From Gammaproteobacteria bacterium (GTDB taxonomy: Bacteria > Pseudomonadota > Gammaproteobacteria > CAJXQU01): DNA of 64,000 nucleotides. Where the stretch lies: NCBI GenBank assembly GCA_965238175.1, contig CBDEGZ010000003.1, forward strand, positions 1,088,001 through 1,152,000, read 5' to 3'. The translations under genes were made by a program, and so were the position numbers. This document shows, piece by piece, positions 41,093 through 50,956 of this stretch. The notes below the pieces were generated by a model. The model was not told the DNA's origin. It worked only from the letters and a program-made list of their open reading frames with translations, and searched no databases. The first letter of the stretch is position 1, and every line of letters begins with the position of its first letter.

Positions 41093-41679
41093 TTGTGGAA
41101 GTAGAGCAAAGCTCTGGGATCATTTTCCTCAGCGCTGTTCTTGCTAACAATTTAGTACTCGAGTCACAGCTAGCACTTTGTCCACTTTTTGCGGCTTCTC
41201 GTCGTATCGATGTGGCAACGGGAATGGCTGTTGTCAGCATTGTGGTGATGACGATAATGTCACTGATCAGTTTTGTTATTCACCAGTACGTTTTGCAACC
41301 GTTTGAACTGACATATCTGTCATTAATAATTAATGTCTTAATGCTCGTTGTTTTCTTACAAGCCATTCAAACATTAGTCCAAAATAAATATCCTGACATA
41401 GATAAAAAGTATGGTGTTTTGCTGCCGCTGCTACTTTTTAACTGCTCAGTGTTGGCGGTTACTTTATTAACGTTGAAATCAGCCGATACCATTGGTATGG
41501 CTTTCATTTTCAGTTTGGGTTGTTCGGTAGGTTTTGGGTTGGTGTTGATCATCTTTGCAGGGTTGAGAGAAAGAATAGAGCTGATCGAAACCGAACAATC
41601 ATTTCCAGGTGCGTTTAAAGGTGTGCCGATAATTTTGATCACTTTGGGTATTTTATCGATGGCTTTTTACGGTTTCTAA
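41089..41679 (+). CDS. rnfA: Rnf/Rsx electron transport complex subunit A (divergent)
   Basis: [25 protein letters not shown] and F.G.PI.LIT.G motifs. Confidence 0.8.
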   Translation: MIVEVEQSSGIIFLSAVLANNLVLESQLALCPLFAASRRIDVATGMAVVSIVVMTIMSLISFVIHQYVLQPFELTYLSLIINVLMLVVFLQAIQTLVQNKYPDIDKKYGVLLPLLLFNCSVLAVTLLTLKSADTIGMAFIFSLGCSVGFGLVLIIFAGLRERIELIETEQSFPGAFKGVPIILITLGILSMAFYGF

Positions 41680-42263
41680 TGTTGAATTTTATACTTGCTG
41701 GATCTGTAATTGCGGTTGTTGCAGGTTTCATTTTAAGGATCAATATTTCTCAAGCCGATGAGAGACAAGATAAACTTGCAGATCAAGTTCACTCAGATCG
41801 AAACGCATCAAGTTTAGTAAACAATATTGATCAAATATTGCCGCAAACCCAATGTGGCGAGTGCAGTTATGAAGGTTGCCGTCCCTATGCTGAAGCAATT
41901 GGTAGCGGCGAAGCCAACATCAATCTTTGCCCGCCTGGTGGTGATGCAACAATTGATCGATTAGCAAAAATGCTAGGTCGAGATGTCATTCCACTTAACC
42001 CTGAATACGGTCTTCATCGTCCTTACCGAGTTGCGGTTGTGATTGAAGATGAATGTATTGGCTGTACAAAGTGTATTCAAGCCTGCCCTGTTGATGCGAT
42101 ATTAGGTGCGGCAAAACAAATGCACACCGTCATTGCAGAACATTGTACTGGTTGTGAGTTATGTATCCCGCCATGTCCTGTTGATTGTATCGAAATGAAA
42201 TTACCTAAAACAAAGACTGTCTTAAGATCTGCTCATAAACTGGATCATGAACACGCTGCATAA
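41679..42263 (+). CDS. rnfB: Rnf/Rsx subunit B (ferredoxin)
   Basis: [23 protein letters not shown] and [12 protein letters not shown] motifs. Confidence 0.92.
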   Translation: MLNFILAGSVIAVVAGFILRINISQADERQDKLADQVHSDRNASSLVNNIDQILPQTQCGECSYEGCRPYAEAIGSGEANINLCPPGGDATIDRLAKMLGRDVIPLNPEYGLHRPYRVAVVIEDECIGCTKCIQACPVDAILGAAKQMHTVIAEHCTGCELCIPPCPVDCIEMKLPKTKTVLRSAHKLDHEHAA

Positions 42264-43731
42264 ATTTCCCGGCGGATTAGTTCTTGAGGGAAATAAAAAA
42301 CCAAGTTGTGATCTCGAAATTTTACCAGCGATCATTCCTGATCGCCTGGTTTTTCCTTTGATGCAACACGTGGGCACACCCGCAGAACCTGTTGTTCAGA
42401 TTGGAGCTCACGTCTTAAAAGGTCAGCTGATCGCTAAACCAACCTCCTACGTTAGTTGCCCCATCCATGTTTCAAGTTCAGGCACAGTTGTTGATATTGG
42501 CCCACGTTTTTCTGCGAATGAAATGGTTCAATCTATTACGATTAAAACCGATGGTGAAGACCGTTGGGGAGAAAAGATGCAGCCGATGGATTATTTGAAA
42601 TCAACGGCTGAGGACCTTGAACTGCGAATAACAGATGCGGGTATTATCGGTATGGGTGGGGCCGGGTTTCCATCGCATGTAAAAGTGATCGAAGGCAGTG
42701 ATGAAAGTGTCGAAACATTGATCATCAATGGCGTGGAATGTGAACCATATATTACTTGCGATGATCGGCTTATCCGGGAACGTACGCAGGAAATAATTTC
42801 TGGTACAAAAATCCTGCAAAAAATAACTGGTACGAAATCCTGTTTCATTGCGGTCGAAGAAGATATGCCAGAAGCTTATGAGGCATTGTTCGAAGTGGCA
42901 GAAGATGATCAAAATATCGTCAAGGTCCCTGCAATATATCCTGCAGGTGGTGAGAAACAATTGATCCAGACACTGACCGGTAAACGTGTCCCTTCACATG
43001 GTTTACCAATTCACGCAGGAGTCTTAGTTCAGAATGTTGCAACGGTCGCTGCGATTCATCGTGCGGTCATAAAAGGAGAACCACTTATTTCGAGAATTGT
43101 GACTGTGGCAGGTTCAGAAGTCAGATCACAAAATTGTGATGTACTGAGTGGAACCCCCGTCAATGAGTTATTAAAATCTTTTCAAGATGAAGTCCAGAAA
43201 GATAAAAATAAAGATCAAAAAATAATTTTCGGTGGATCAATGATGGGAAAATTGATTGTCTCGGATCAGGCACCTATTCTCAAAAAAACCAGCTGCGTGT
43301 TGGTGCAAACAAAACAAATAAAACAACAGGAAACTGCCTGCATACGCTGTGGCGATTGTATCGATGTTTGTCCAGAACAGTTACAGCCGCAAATGTTATT
43401 TTCATTAGCGAAGAACTCTGATCTTGATGCCTTAAAAGAGAATCGGCTTTTTGATTGTATTGAATGCGGATGTTGTGACAAGGTTTGTCCCAGTCATATT
43501 CCACTGGTAGAAATTTACCAAAAAGCGAAAGCGGCGATCAATAATAATGATGAAGAAAATAAACGATCAGAAAAAAGTAGAATAAGATATCTACAACGAA
43601 ATGAACGAATTAGTCGGGCAAATGAAACAAAGAATGAAAAGGAAAAGATATCTGCAAGTTTGAAAAAAGAAAAAATTCAAGATGAAATATTAGCTGCAAT
43701 TGAGCGATCAAAAGCAAAACGAAATAATTAA
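42247..43731 (+). CDS. rnfC: Rnf/Rsx subunit C
   Basis: G.GGAGFP, ECEPYIT.D, CIRCG.C..VCP and CIECGCC..VCPS motifs. Confidence 0.93.
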   Translation: MNTLHKFPGGLVLEGNKKPSCDLEILPAIIPDRLVFPLMQHVGTPAEPVVQIGAHVLKGQLIAKPTSYVSCPIHVSSSGTVVDIGPRFSANEMVQSITIKTDGEDRWGEKMQPMDYLKSTAEDLELRITDAGIIGMGGAGFPSHVKVIEGSDESVETLIINGVECEPYITCDDRLIRERTQEIISGTKILQKITGTKSCFIAVEEDMPEAYEALFEVAEDDQNIVKVPAIYPAGGEKQLIQTLTGKRVPSHGLPIHAGVLVQNVATVAAIHRAVIKGEPLISRIVTVAGSEVRSQNCDVLSGTPVNELLKSFQDEVQKDKNKDQKIIFGGSMMGKLIVSDQAPILKKTSCVLVQTKQIKQQETACIRCGDCIDVCPEQLQPQMLFSLAKNSDLDALKENRLFDCIECGCCDKVCPSHIPLVEIYQKAKAAINNNDEENKRSEKSRIRYLQRNERISRANETKNEKEKISASLKKEKIQDEILAAIERSKAKRNN

Positions 43732-43756
43732 ATTCCGTACCTTAAATTATTTTTAG

Positions 43757-44563
43757 TTAGAAATATTTTTCTGAAATATTTAAAACAGGCAAGCCACAAT
43801 ATTCAGAATAGTTTTGCTTTGCAAAATTAATGCTTACCATGTCAGGTGATAGATGAATATCTGTATCCAAAATTTCCAATTTTTTCAATATCTCTTTAAT
43901 ACGTTTTTCGGCAAGCCAGGGTAGTGCGATGATAATATCATCGACCTGATTTTTTTCAGCATAACTGATCAAGTCGTCTATAGTTCCCAGTACTCGATTG
44001 TTACCAATTTTTGTCGGAACGCGAGAAAGCCTGTCTTCGTAAATACCAAGGATATGCATCCATTTTCTTTTATGCTGACCAATTATTTCGATCAAATTCC
44101 TAGCGTGTTTTTCTGCTCCAATGATAACGATATTACGATAAAATTTTCCGTCTTTGCCCCATTTTTCAATCATAAAGACATAATAAAATCTGATCGCAAC
44201 CAGCAAGGAGGTTAGACTTGTAAACCATAACGCTACCCAGGTACGAGAGAGTTGGTTGCTTATATCAAGAATGAATACGAGGCTTAATAAGCTACTTAGT
44301 AAGATAAATTGAGTAGTAAATAATTTAGTTAAGTTTTTCTGCGGTTTTACTATCGATTGAAATTGATAGAGCCCAAGTTTGTAAAAGCTGATATTTGTCA
44401 GCACGGTACTACTAAGTACTAAAAGAAAATAATAAATGGAGAAACCTTGTAACAGAAATAATGTGGAAGTTAATAAACCAGAGCCGCTAATTATGAATGC
44501 ATCAATGAGGGCGATAGAAGCTGGTGAAGATAAGAATGTTTTTTTCGAATTGTTGTTATCCAT
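43757..44563 (-). CDS. N-terminal part of a WcaJ-like undecaprenyl-phosphate glucose phosphotransferase (no catalytic domain)
   Basis: Four transmembrane helices plus a CoA-binding-like domain (IVIIGA, VLGTIDDL, VDDIIIALP). Ends at GLPVLNISEK, where the Bac_transf domain normally begins. Confidence 0.75.
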   Translation of the reverse strand: MDNNNSKKTFLSSPASIALIDAFIISGSGLLTSTLFLLQGFSIYYFLLVLSSTVLTNISFYKLGLYQFQSIVKPQKNLTKLFTTQFILLSSLLSLVFILDISNQLSRTWVALWFTSLTSLLVAIRFYYVFMIEKWGKDGKFYRNIVIIGAEKHARNLIEIIGQHKRKWMHILGIYEDRLSRVPTKIGNNRVLGTIDDLISYAEKNQVDDIIIALPWLAEKRIKEILKKLEILDTDIHLSPDMVSINFAKQNYSEYCGLPVLNISEKYF

Positions 44564-44706
44564 AACGATTCTGAATTCCTTTTAGAATGATCCTGTTCAG
44601 AAAATGGTTTGCGCAAAAAACTGGCAAGCACGACTTCGTTAGCCTTATACAATAATATCATGCAGATCTGTTATCTAACGAAACTTTGTGTTAACTATTT
44701 TTAATC

Positions 44707-45597
44707 TTATTCCTTTTTCTTTCGTGCGCGAGGATGAGCTTGATCATATACTTGTGCTAATCGTTGAAAATTAAGATGAGTGTATATTTGAGTGGTGCTG
44801 ATATCAGAATGACCAAGTAATTCCTGCACGGCACGTAAATCCCCTGAGGATTCAAGCATATGGCTAGCGAAAGAATGACGAAGCATATGCGGATTTAGAG
44901 TGCCTGGTAATGCTTGTTTTATGCCCCAATGACGCATTCGTTGCTGAATCGAGCGTACTGAAATTCTGTTGCCGTTACGGTTTAAAAAGACTGCAGACAT
45001 TTCTTCTTTCAAGAATTCTTTTCGATAAGATAACCAGTTTTTGATCGCATCAATGGCTTTTTCTCCAATCGGTAGAAGCCTTTGCTTATTGCCTTTACCC
45101 ATCACCTGAATTTGTGCGGAGTTTAGATCCATGTCTTCAATATCAAGATCAGCAAGTTCAGAAACACGCAATCCTGAAGAGTACATTAATTCCATCATGG
45201 CATGGTCGCGTAGTGAAAGTGGATCATCCGACTTTATTTCTAGTAAAGTTCTTGTATCATCTGTGTTTAAAACTTTAGGCAATTTCTTTGGTGCTTTTGG
45301 GGCTTTTATTACTTCAGCAGGGTTTGAGGTACGCAAGCCTTCATCGATCAAGAAATCAAAAAAACGGCGCATCGAAGATAATGATCGTTGAAGGCTTCGT
45401 CCACCAATCCCCTGACGATGACGAGATGAAATAAAATTTCTGATTTGTGTTACATCAACTTCATTCCAGGAATACACACCATGTTTTTTAAGGTGGGAGA
45501 TTAAAATTTTCAGATCACGCTCGTAGGCAAGACGCGTATTTTTTGAACGATCAGAAAGATGGAGCAGAAACGTTTTTAGATCTGAATTGAGATCCAC
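44707..45597 (-). CDS. xerC: Tyrosine recombinase XerC
   Basis: YSSGLRVSE, HMLRHSFASH and LLGH..ISTTQIY motifs; dapF-DUF484-xerC synteny. Confidence 0.96.
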   Translation of the reverse strand: MDLNSDLKTFLLHLSDRSKNTRLAYERDLKILISHLKKHGVYSWNEVDVTQIRNFISSRHRQGIGGRSLQRSLSSMRRFFDFLIDEGLRTSNPAEVIKAPKAPKKLPKVLNTDDTRTLLEIKSDDPLSLRDHAMMELMYSSGLRVSELADLDIEDMDLNSAQIQVMGKGNKQRLLPIGEKAIDAIKNWLSYRKEFLKEEMSAVFLNRNGNRISVRSIQQRMRHWGIKQALPGTLNPHMLRHSFASHMLESSGDLRAVQELLGHSDISTTQIYTHLNFQRLAQVYDQAHPRARKKKE

Positions 45598-45606
45598 AGT
45601 GATTAT

Positions 45607-46308
45607 CTACTTACGGCATTCATTGGGTAAATAAGGCATCAGTGCAAGTGTCACAATGTCCGCCATTTGTGAAAGTATTTCAGTTCCCATTCCTTGCTGA
45701 TAACGCTCGGGGCTTTGGCTGCCAATAGCCAATAAGCCTGTCCAGTTTTTAGCCAGAAGTGGAACTAGAACGGATGAGCCATATTCTGGTAATTCATCGG
45801 CAAACATGGCTCGATGTTGATCTTCATTTAGACGACCACAGATTGGCTTTTTACTCTTAATTGTCTCTTCAAATAGTGGTTTTTTTGACCAATCTTTTTC
45901 GACGAATTCTGGCAGATCAATTTTTTCTTCACTCATAATCTTTAAAACGATTTTGTCTGCTTTAAAATCGGAGACAAGAGATTTTTTGATCGTAGAAATT
46001 AATGATTCCATGTCTGAAGTATGGACTAATTTTTCGGCCAATATATGTAACCGTTCGGCTAACTGTCCATTTTCTGTCGCAATTTCGATCAATTCTTTTA
46101 ACTGATTTTTGTGTTGCCGGATCTGTTCTCGCAATACAGAAACCTGACGTTCGACTAAAGAAGTTGCAACGCCGGTGTTATGTGGAATATTTATTTCAGA
46201 CAGAAGGGAAGGGTTTTCTAGCAACAAATCCGGATGCGCACGCAAATAGGCAAATACTATTTCTGCACCTTCAGGACTCTTTTTTATTTTTTCTATTTCA
46301 TCAGTCAT
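45607..46308 (-). CDS. DUF484 (YigA-like) protein
   Basis: YL..HPD, SLVERQV..LR and MGT..L motifs; lies between dapF and xerC. Confidence 0.9.
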   Translation of the reverse strand: MTDEIEKIKKSPEGAEIVFAYLRAHPDLLLENPSLLSEINIPHNTGVATSLVERQVSVLREQIRQHKNQLKELIEIATENGQLAERLHILAEKLVHTSDMESLISTIKKSLVSDFKADKIVLKIMSEEKIDLPEFVEKDWSKKPLFEETIKSKKPICGRLNEDQHRAMFADELPEYGSSVLVPLLAKNWTGLLAIGSQSPERYQQGMGTEILSQMADIVTLALMPYLPNECRK

Positions 46309-46346
46309 TATTTTTTATTCCATACTTTCTGATCAAGAATGCAAGC

Positions 46347-47183
46347 TCAAGGGTTTAAATCAATCGTACCTTCAAATACTTTGGTCGCCGGACCGGTCAT
46401 GATCACGGGTTGACCTTCTCCAGCCCATGAAATTTGTAGCTGTCCACCGGGTAAATCGACGACCACCGTTTCATTCAATATATTCTGCATTATACCTGCA
46501 ACCGCTGCTGCACAAGCCCCTGTTCCGCAAGCCAGGGTTTCACCGACGCCACGTTCAAAAACGCGTAAACGAATATGATCACGGTTTAGTCGTTGCATAA
46601 ATCCCACATTGACTCGTTCCGGAAAGAACACATGCAATTCGATTAAGCTCCCGAGTGATTCCACGGGGGCGGCTGCTACATTTTCAACCTTCAATACCGC
46701 GTGTGGATTACCTATAGAAAGTGCAGAAAATTCTAATGCTTTATTATTTATCATTAATTCATAACTGGGTAACCTCTCAGTTGCAGCAAGGGGAATTTGT
46801 TCAGGTTCAAAACGAGGTACGCCCATGTTGACGGTTACCTGACCATCAGGCTGACAATGTAATTTAATGATGCCATTAGAAGCTTCAGCAATGATCTCAT
46901 TTTTCTCGATGAGACCATTTTCTTTAAGGTAGAGTGCAGCGCAACGCGCACCATTTCCACATTGTTCGACTTCACCTCCGTCTGCATTAAAGATCCGATA
47001 ATTAACATCAGCCTGATCGGTGTTCGGTGGTTCAAGTAATAATAATTGATCGCAACCGATTCCAAAGTGTCGATCAGCAAGTGTACGGATTTTCTCTGAC
47101 GTTAAATTAACGGGATCAGACCTCGCATCAAAGACAACAAAGTCGTTTCCTAAGCCATGCATTTTGGTGAAACGTGTCAACAT
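46347..47183 (-). CDS. dapF: Diaminopimelate epimerase
   Basis: FTKMHGLGNDF, CGNGARC and ERGVGETLACGTG motifs. Confidence 0.97.
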   Translation of the reverse strand: MLTRFTKMHGLGNDFVVFDARSDPVNLTSEKIRTLADRHFGIGCDQLLLLEPPNTDQADVNYRIFNADGGEVEQCGNGARCAALYLKENGLIEKNEIIAEASNGIIKLHCQPDGQVTVNMGVPRFEPEQIPLAATERLPSYELMINNKALEFSALSIGNPHAVLKVENVAAAPVESLGSLIELHVFFPERVNVGFMQRLNRDHIRLRVFERGVGETLACGTGACAAAVAGIMQNILNETVVVDLPGGQLQISWAGEGQPVIMTGPATKVFEGTIDLNP

Positions 47184-47253
47184 ACGGATATGATAGCGAA
47201 AACAGCGGTTTAATGCTTGTCGTAACATGCATCAACCCTGACAATGCTTACCC

Positions 47254-48142
47254 ATGACTTTACAAATTCTGGAGATCATCTTTCCAATCTTTGCCATTGT
47301 TTTTACTGGTCTGATTTATGGCAAGCGATATTTACCGGACATGACCTTACTGAACCGACTTAATATAGAAGCGTTTATTCCAGCTTTATTGTTTGCTGTA
47401 CTCACTCGACATGCAGCACAAGCGGGATTTTATTTAGATCTGGTTTTAGCGGCAGTATTGGTCGTTATAGGTTCAGGTTTAATTGCGTGGCCTATCGCAA
47501 AGTTACTTAAAATTGATCCGAAAACGCTCTGTCCGCCGATGATGTTTGCGAATGCCGGAAACATGGGTTTACCTTTGATGGTAATGGCATTCGGGGAACA
47601 AGCTTTGCCGGCAGCGGTCGTTGTTTTTTTGATCGGAAATTTTCTACACATTTCTTTAGGAAGTTACATACTAGATCTGTGCTCGCATATATTTAGATGT
47701 GATTATTTCGCCGATGATGATCGCTGTCATATTGGCGACTTTGGTCAGTGTGTTGGGAATACATTTCCCGATTACGGTGATGAAACCGATTGAATTATTG
47801 GGTCAGATTTGTATTCCACTGATGTTGTTTTCTTTAGGTGTTCGGTTGGCTGATGTTAATTTTTCTGACTGGCGACTGGGTATTGTTGCGACTATTTTAT
47901 GTCCACTAATAGGCATTATTATTGTTTTGATTATGTTGCCATTTTTTGAAATGACAAAAACACAACAAGGCGTTTTATTTATGTTTGGAGCATTGCCACT
48001 GGCAGTGTTGAATTTCATGTTGACGGAACATTATGATCAAGAACCTGAACGTGTCGCGGCGATTGTTTTGATCTCAAATGCTTGTGCTTTGGTCACAATT
48101 CCGCTGGCTTTGGTGTATGCTTTGTCCAAGTTTGGTCTATAA
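47254..48142 (+). pseudogene. AEC-family (auxin efflux carrier-like) transporter, frameshifted
   Basis: The N-half (NAGNMGLP) and C-half (PLMLFSLGVRL) are in different frames; the shift is near 47675-47700. Confidence 0.8.
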
Positions 48143-48153
48143 AAAAAATAACT

Positions 48154-50043
48154 ATGAATAGAAAAGTTTGTACGGTTATTCTTCTTGTTTTAGTTGCTAC
48201 AATATCCGCATGCGGTTCACAACCAACAGAACGATCTCACATAGAAGATCGGGCGATTGATCAAAATGTGAGCATAAATAATCGAAATTCGAGTGCATTA
48301 TTAGCCAGGGATCAGTATTCTCGTGGACAGTATAAAAAAGCCGCAAATCTTTATCGTGAGTTGGCCAACAAAGCTACATCAGGCATTGAAGGCGATTTTC
48401 TCCAGCAGGATTACCGCTTACGAGCCGCTGATGCTTATGCCAGAGATGGGCAAAATGAAGCTACACGTAACGAACTGAAAAAAACCAACCTAGAATTATT
48501 TGATAAAGATCAACATCTTTTATATAGAATCGTTAAGGCGCAATTGGCCATTAATGAGGCTCGATCGCGTGATGCATTTGGTATTTTGCCACGGGATGCT
48601 TCAAAATTAAGTATCGACTCGCAAATACGATTAGGTACTGTGCGAGCGGATGCATGGTTGGGTTTGAGGAGATTTTCCGACGCGGTGCTTGAGCGAATTG
48701 ATATTGACCGGCTTATTACCATTCCCCAAGAGAGAACGTTGAACCATCAATGGATTTGGAATCAGCTCCAAAAAATGCCGAGTAAAAATGTCTTTTCTCC
48801 ACCTAAAGGGATGACAAAAGATGATGCGGGCTGGTGGTCCTTAGTTGCCATTGTAAAAAAAGGCGGCGCACAAAAGAATCTCGGCAATCAAGGTGAGCTT
48901 GAGATCTGGAAACAAACGTATCCAGGTCATCCTGCGACGGAGGATATTTTATTTTTTATAGAAGGAGATCTAACAACACCAAATAGTACGAGAATGGCTG
49001 AGTTACCTGGTGAGCCGTATCATGGAACAAGCCTGGAAGGTACGCCTGGAAATATTGCGCTGTTATTGCCCCTTTCAGGAAACTATGCCGGTGCGGGACA
49101 AGCCATTCTTAATGGATTTAGAAACGCCGCAAATAATTCATATGCAGGCAATGTCAATTATAAGGTTTATGATTCTGCTGATCCTTCTTATTCACTGGCA
49201 GCGGTTGCAAATCACGTGGTCCGTGAGGGTGCTGAGATGATCGTTGGTCCTTTACAAAAATCTGTATTGTTAGAACTTTTATCTATCGGTGATATTGGTG
49301 TCCCGATCCTGGCTTTAAATACATTGCCTGATAATGCTGCAGGTTATGAAGGACTTTTTCAATTTGGGTTGAGCCCAGAAAATGAGGCGGCAGAAGTCGC
49401 TAGTAGAGCCTTACAAGATGGAAAATATCGTGCAGTGGTTTTAGCTTCGCAAGACCTGCTTGGAGAACGGATTGCTAATGCATTTATGCGAGCTTATGAG
49501 CAAGATGGCGGACGTGTGGTTGCTTACGATACCTTCGTACCAAAGTCGAATACTATTAGTGACGTGATGAAAAGATTGCTTCGTGCGGAGAGTTCAAACC
49601 CACTGTGGGAAGATATTCGTAATGGTACAGAACGCGTCTCAGATGATCAGCAGCATATCGATATGATCTTTTTCACCGCGTCGCCGAGAGACTCACGGAT
49701 CGTCAGACCCATCGTCCAGTTACATCGCGCTTATGATCTACCTGTTTATACCAGTGCTCGTGTTTACAATCAGCCGGATTCAACCATGGATAAAGATCTG
49801 AATGGACTGGTTTTTTGTGACATGCCTAATCGTTTATCGGGGCAAGCGATCAATAAAAATCGATTATCTGCGTTAGGGGCAGATGCTTATTTGTTGGTTA
49901 ACCGCCTGCATGATCTTGCCCTTTCACCAGGCAGTGGAATGCTTGGTGAAACTGGCACACTCAGTGTTAGGCCAGACGGTAAAATCTGGCGTAATCTTGA
50001 ATGTGCTGTTTTTCAAAGTGGGCAACCCGAGTTATTACCCTGA
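48154..50043 (+). CDS. lpoA: Penicillin-binding protein activator LpoA/LppC-family lipoprotein
   Basis: Lipobox ISAC, IALLLPLSG, GPL.K, LALN, FGLSPENEA and ALG.DAY motifs. Confidence 0.85.
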   Translation: MNRKVCTVILLVLVATISACGSQPTERSHIEDRAIDQNVSINNRNSSALLARDQYSRGQYKKAANLYRELANKATSGIEGDFLQQDYRLRAADAYARDGQNEATRNELKKTNLELFDKDQHLLYRIVKAQLAINEARSRDAFGILPRDASKLSIDSQIRLGTVRADAWLGLRRFSDAVLERIDIDRLITIPQERTLNHQWIWNQLQKMPSKNVFSPPKGMTKDDAGWWSLVAIVKKGGAQKNLGNQGELEIWKQTYPGHPATEDILFFIEGDLTTPNSTRMAELPGEPYHGTSLEGTPGNIALLLPLSGNYAGAGQAILNGFRNAANNSYAGNVNYKVYDSADPSYSLAAVANHVVREGAEMIVGPLQKSVLLELLSIGDIGVPILALNTLPDNAAGYEGLFQFGLSPENEAAEVASRALQDGKYRAVVLASQDLLGERIANAFMRAYEQDGGRVVAYDTFVPKSNTISDVMKRLLRAESSNPLWEDIRNGTERVSDDQQHIDMIFFTASPRDSRIVRPIVQLHRAYDLPVYTSARVYNQPDSTMDKDLNGLVFCDMPNRLSGQAINKNRLSALGADAYLLVNRLHDLALSPGSGMLGETGTLSVRPDGKIWRNLECAVFQSGQPELLP

Positions 50044-50120
50044 AGGTTGATCCTAATATCGAACTGAATATTGGTTAAAAAGTTTTATCAGTTTTAATAG
50101 TCTAGTTTTGATCTAACCTT

Positions 50121-50603
50121 CTAATGGTCATGACCACCCGATCCATGAACGTGTCCATGTTCAAGTTCTTCAGCAGACGCGTCACGAACTTCAATGACAG
50201 TCACATCGAAATGCAAAGTCATGCCGGCTAGCGGGTGGTTACCATCGACAACAATCGTGTCTCCATCAATATCGGTTACGCTGACAACAGACTGTTGTCC
50301 TTCAGGAGATTGCCCTTCAAATTGCATGCCCACTTGAATATCCGCTTCCGGGGGAAACATCTCACGTGGAATACGCTGGATCTGCGCTAGATCGCGCTCG
50401 CCATAGCCCTCTTCAGGACTAATAACTGCTGTCACCTTATCACCCACTTCTTTATCTAACAACGCTTTTTCAAGGCCTGCAATGATATTGTGACCATTGT
50501 GCAGATAGGCGAAATTTCCATCGCTAGATTGATCGATGATATTGCCGTCATCGTCTTTAAGCGTGTAATCAATAACTGCAATAGCATCTTTTGTGATTTT
50601 CAT
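50121..50603 (-). CDS. slyD: FKBP-type peptidyl-prolyl isomerase SlyD
   Basis: YLH.G, PEEGYGER and DGNHPLAG motifs with a His-rich tail. Confidence 0.93.
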   Translation of the reverse strand: MKITKDAIAVIDYTLKDDDGNIIDQSSDGNFAYLHNGHNIIAGLEKALLDKEVGDKVTAVISPEEGYGERDLAQIQRIPREMFPPEADIQVGMQFEGQSPEGQQSVVSVTDIDGDTIVVDGNHPLAGMTLHFDVTVIEVRDASAEELEHGHVHGSGGHDH

Positions 50604-50956
50604 TTTTATTGTACTTTTTGATTGATTGAAATCACACGATACAGGCTTTTGTTTAACCGATCAAAAACAGGAGTATTTATGAATTTTTATATTATAGATA
50701 GCGCAATCAAATGGGAGTTAGGTATTTGATAACCCAGATTTATTCTTACATATTCTTTGGTCTACAAATCTCTATTTTCGATCTGGTGTGCAAACTCGAA
50801 AGACATACAATTTAATCTAAAAACTCACAAAACACCCCAAATTTAGGGGGTAGTTCACCTCCTTTCCGGCGCAACATGCCTTGCCAGCAAGAATGATAGA
50901 GCCACTGATATCTGCATTTCCAGCTGGCACGGATATAGTCGTTATTCAAGCTTGTA

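Noticed and set aside
44608-44630. sigma54 promoter upstream of the WcaJ-like gene
   Set aside because: The minus strand reads TTGCCAGTTTTTTGC and lacks the invariant GG at -24.
44707-45597. Tyrosine recombinase as an integron or phage integrase
   Set aside because: Its dapF-DUF484-xerC context and size identify housekeeping XerC, and no IntI-specific insertion is visible.
50855-50866. 16S rRNA 3'-end fragment
   Set aside because: Only about 12 nt match, with no other rRNA sequence nearby. Kept as an SD/anti-SD element instead.
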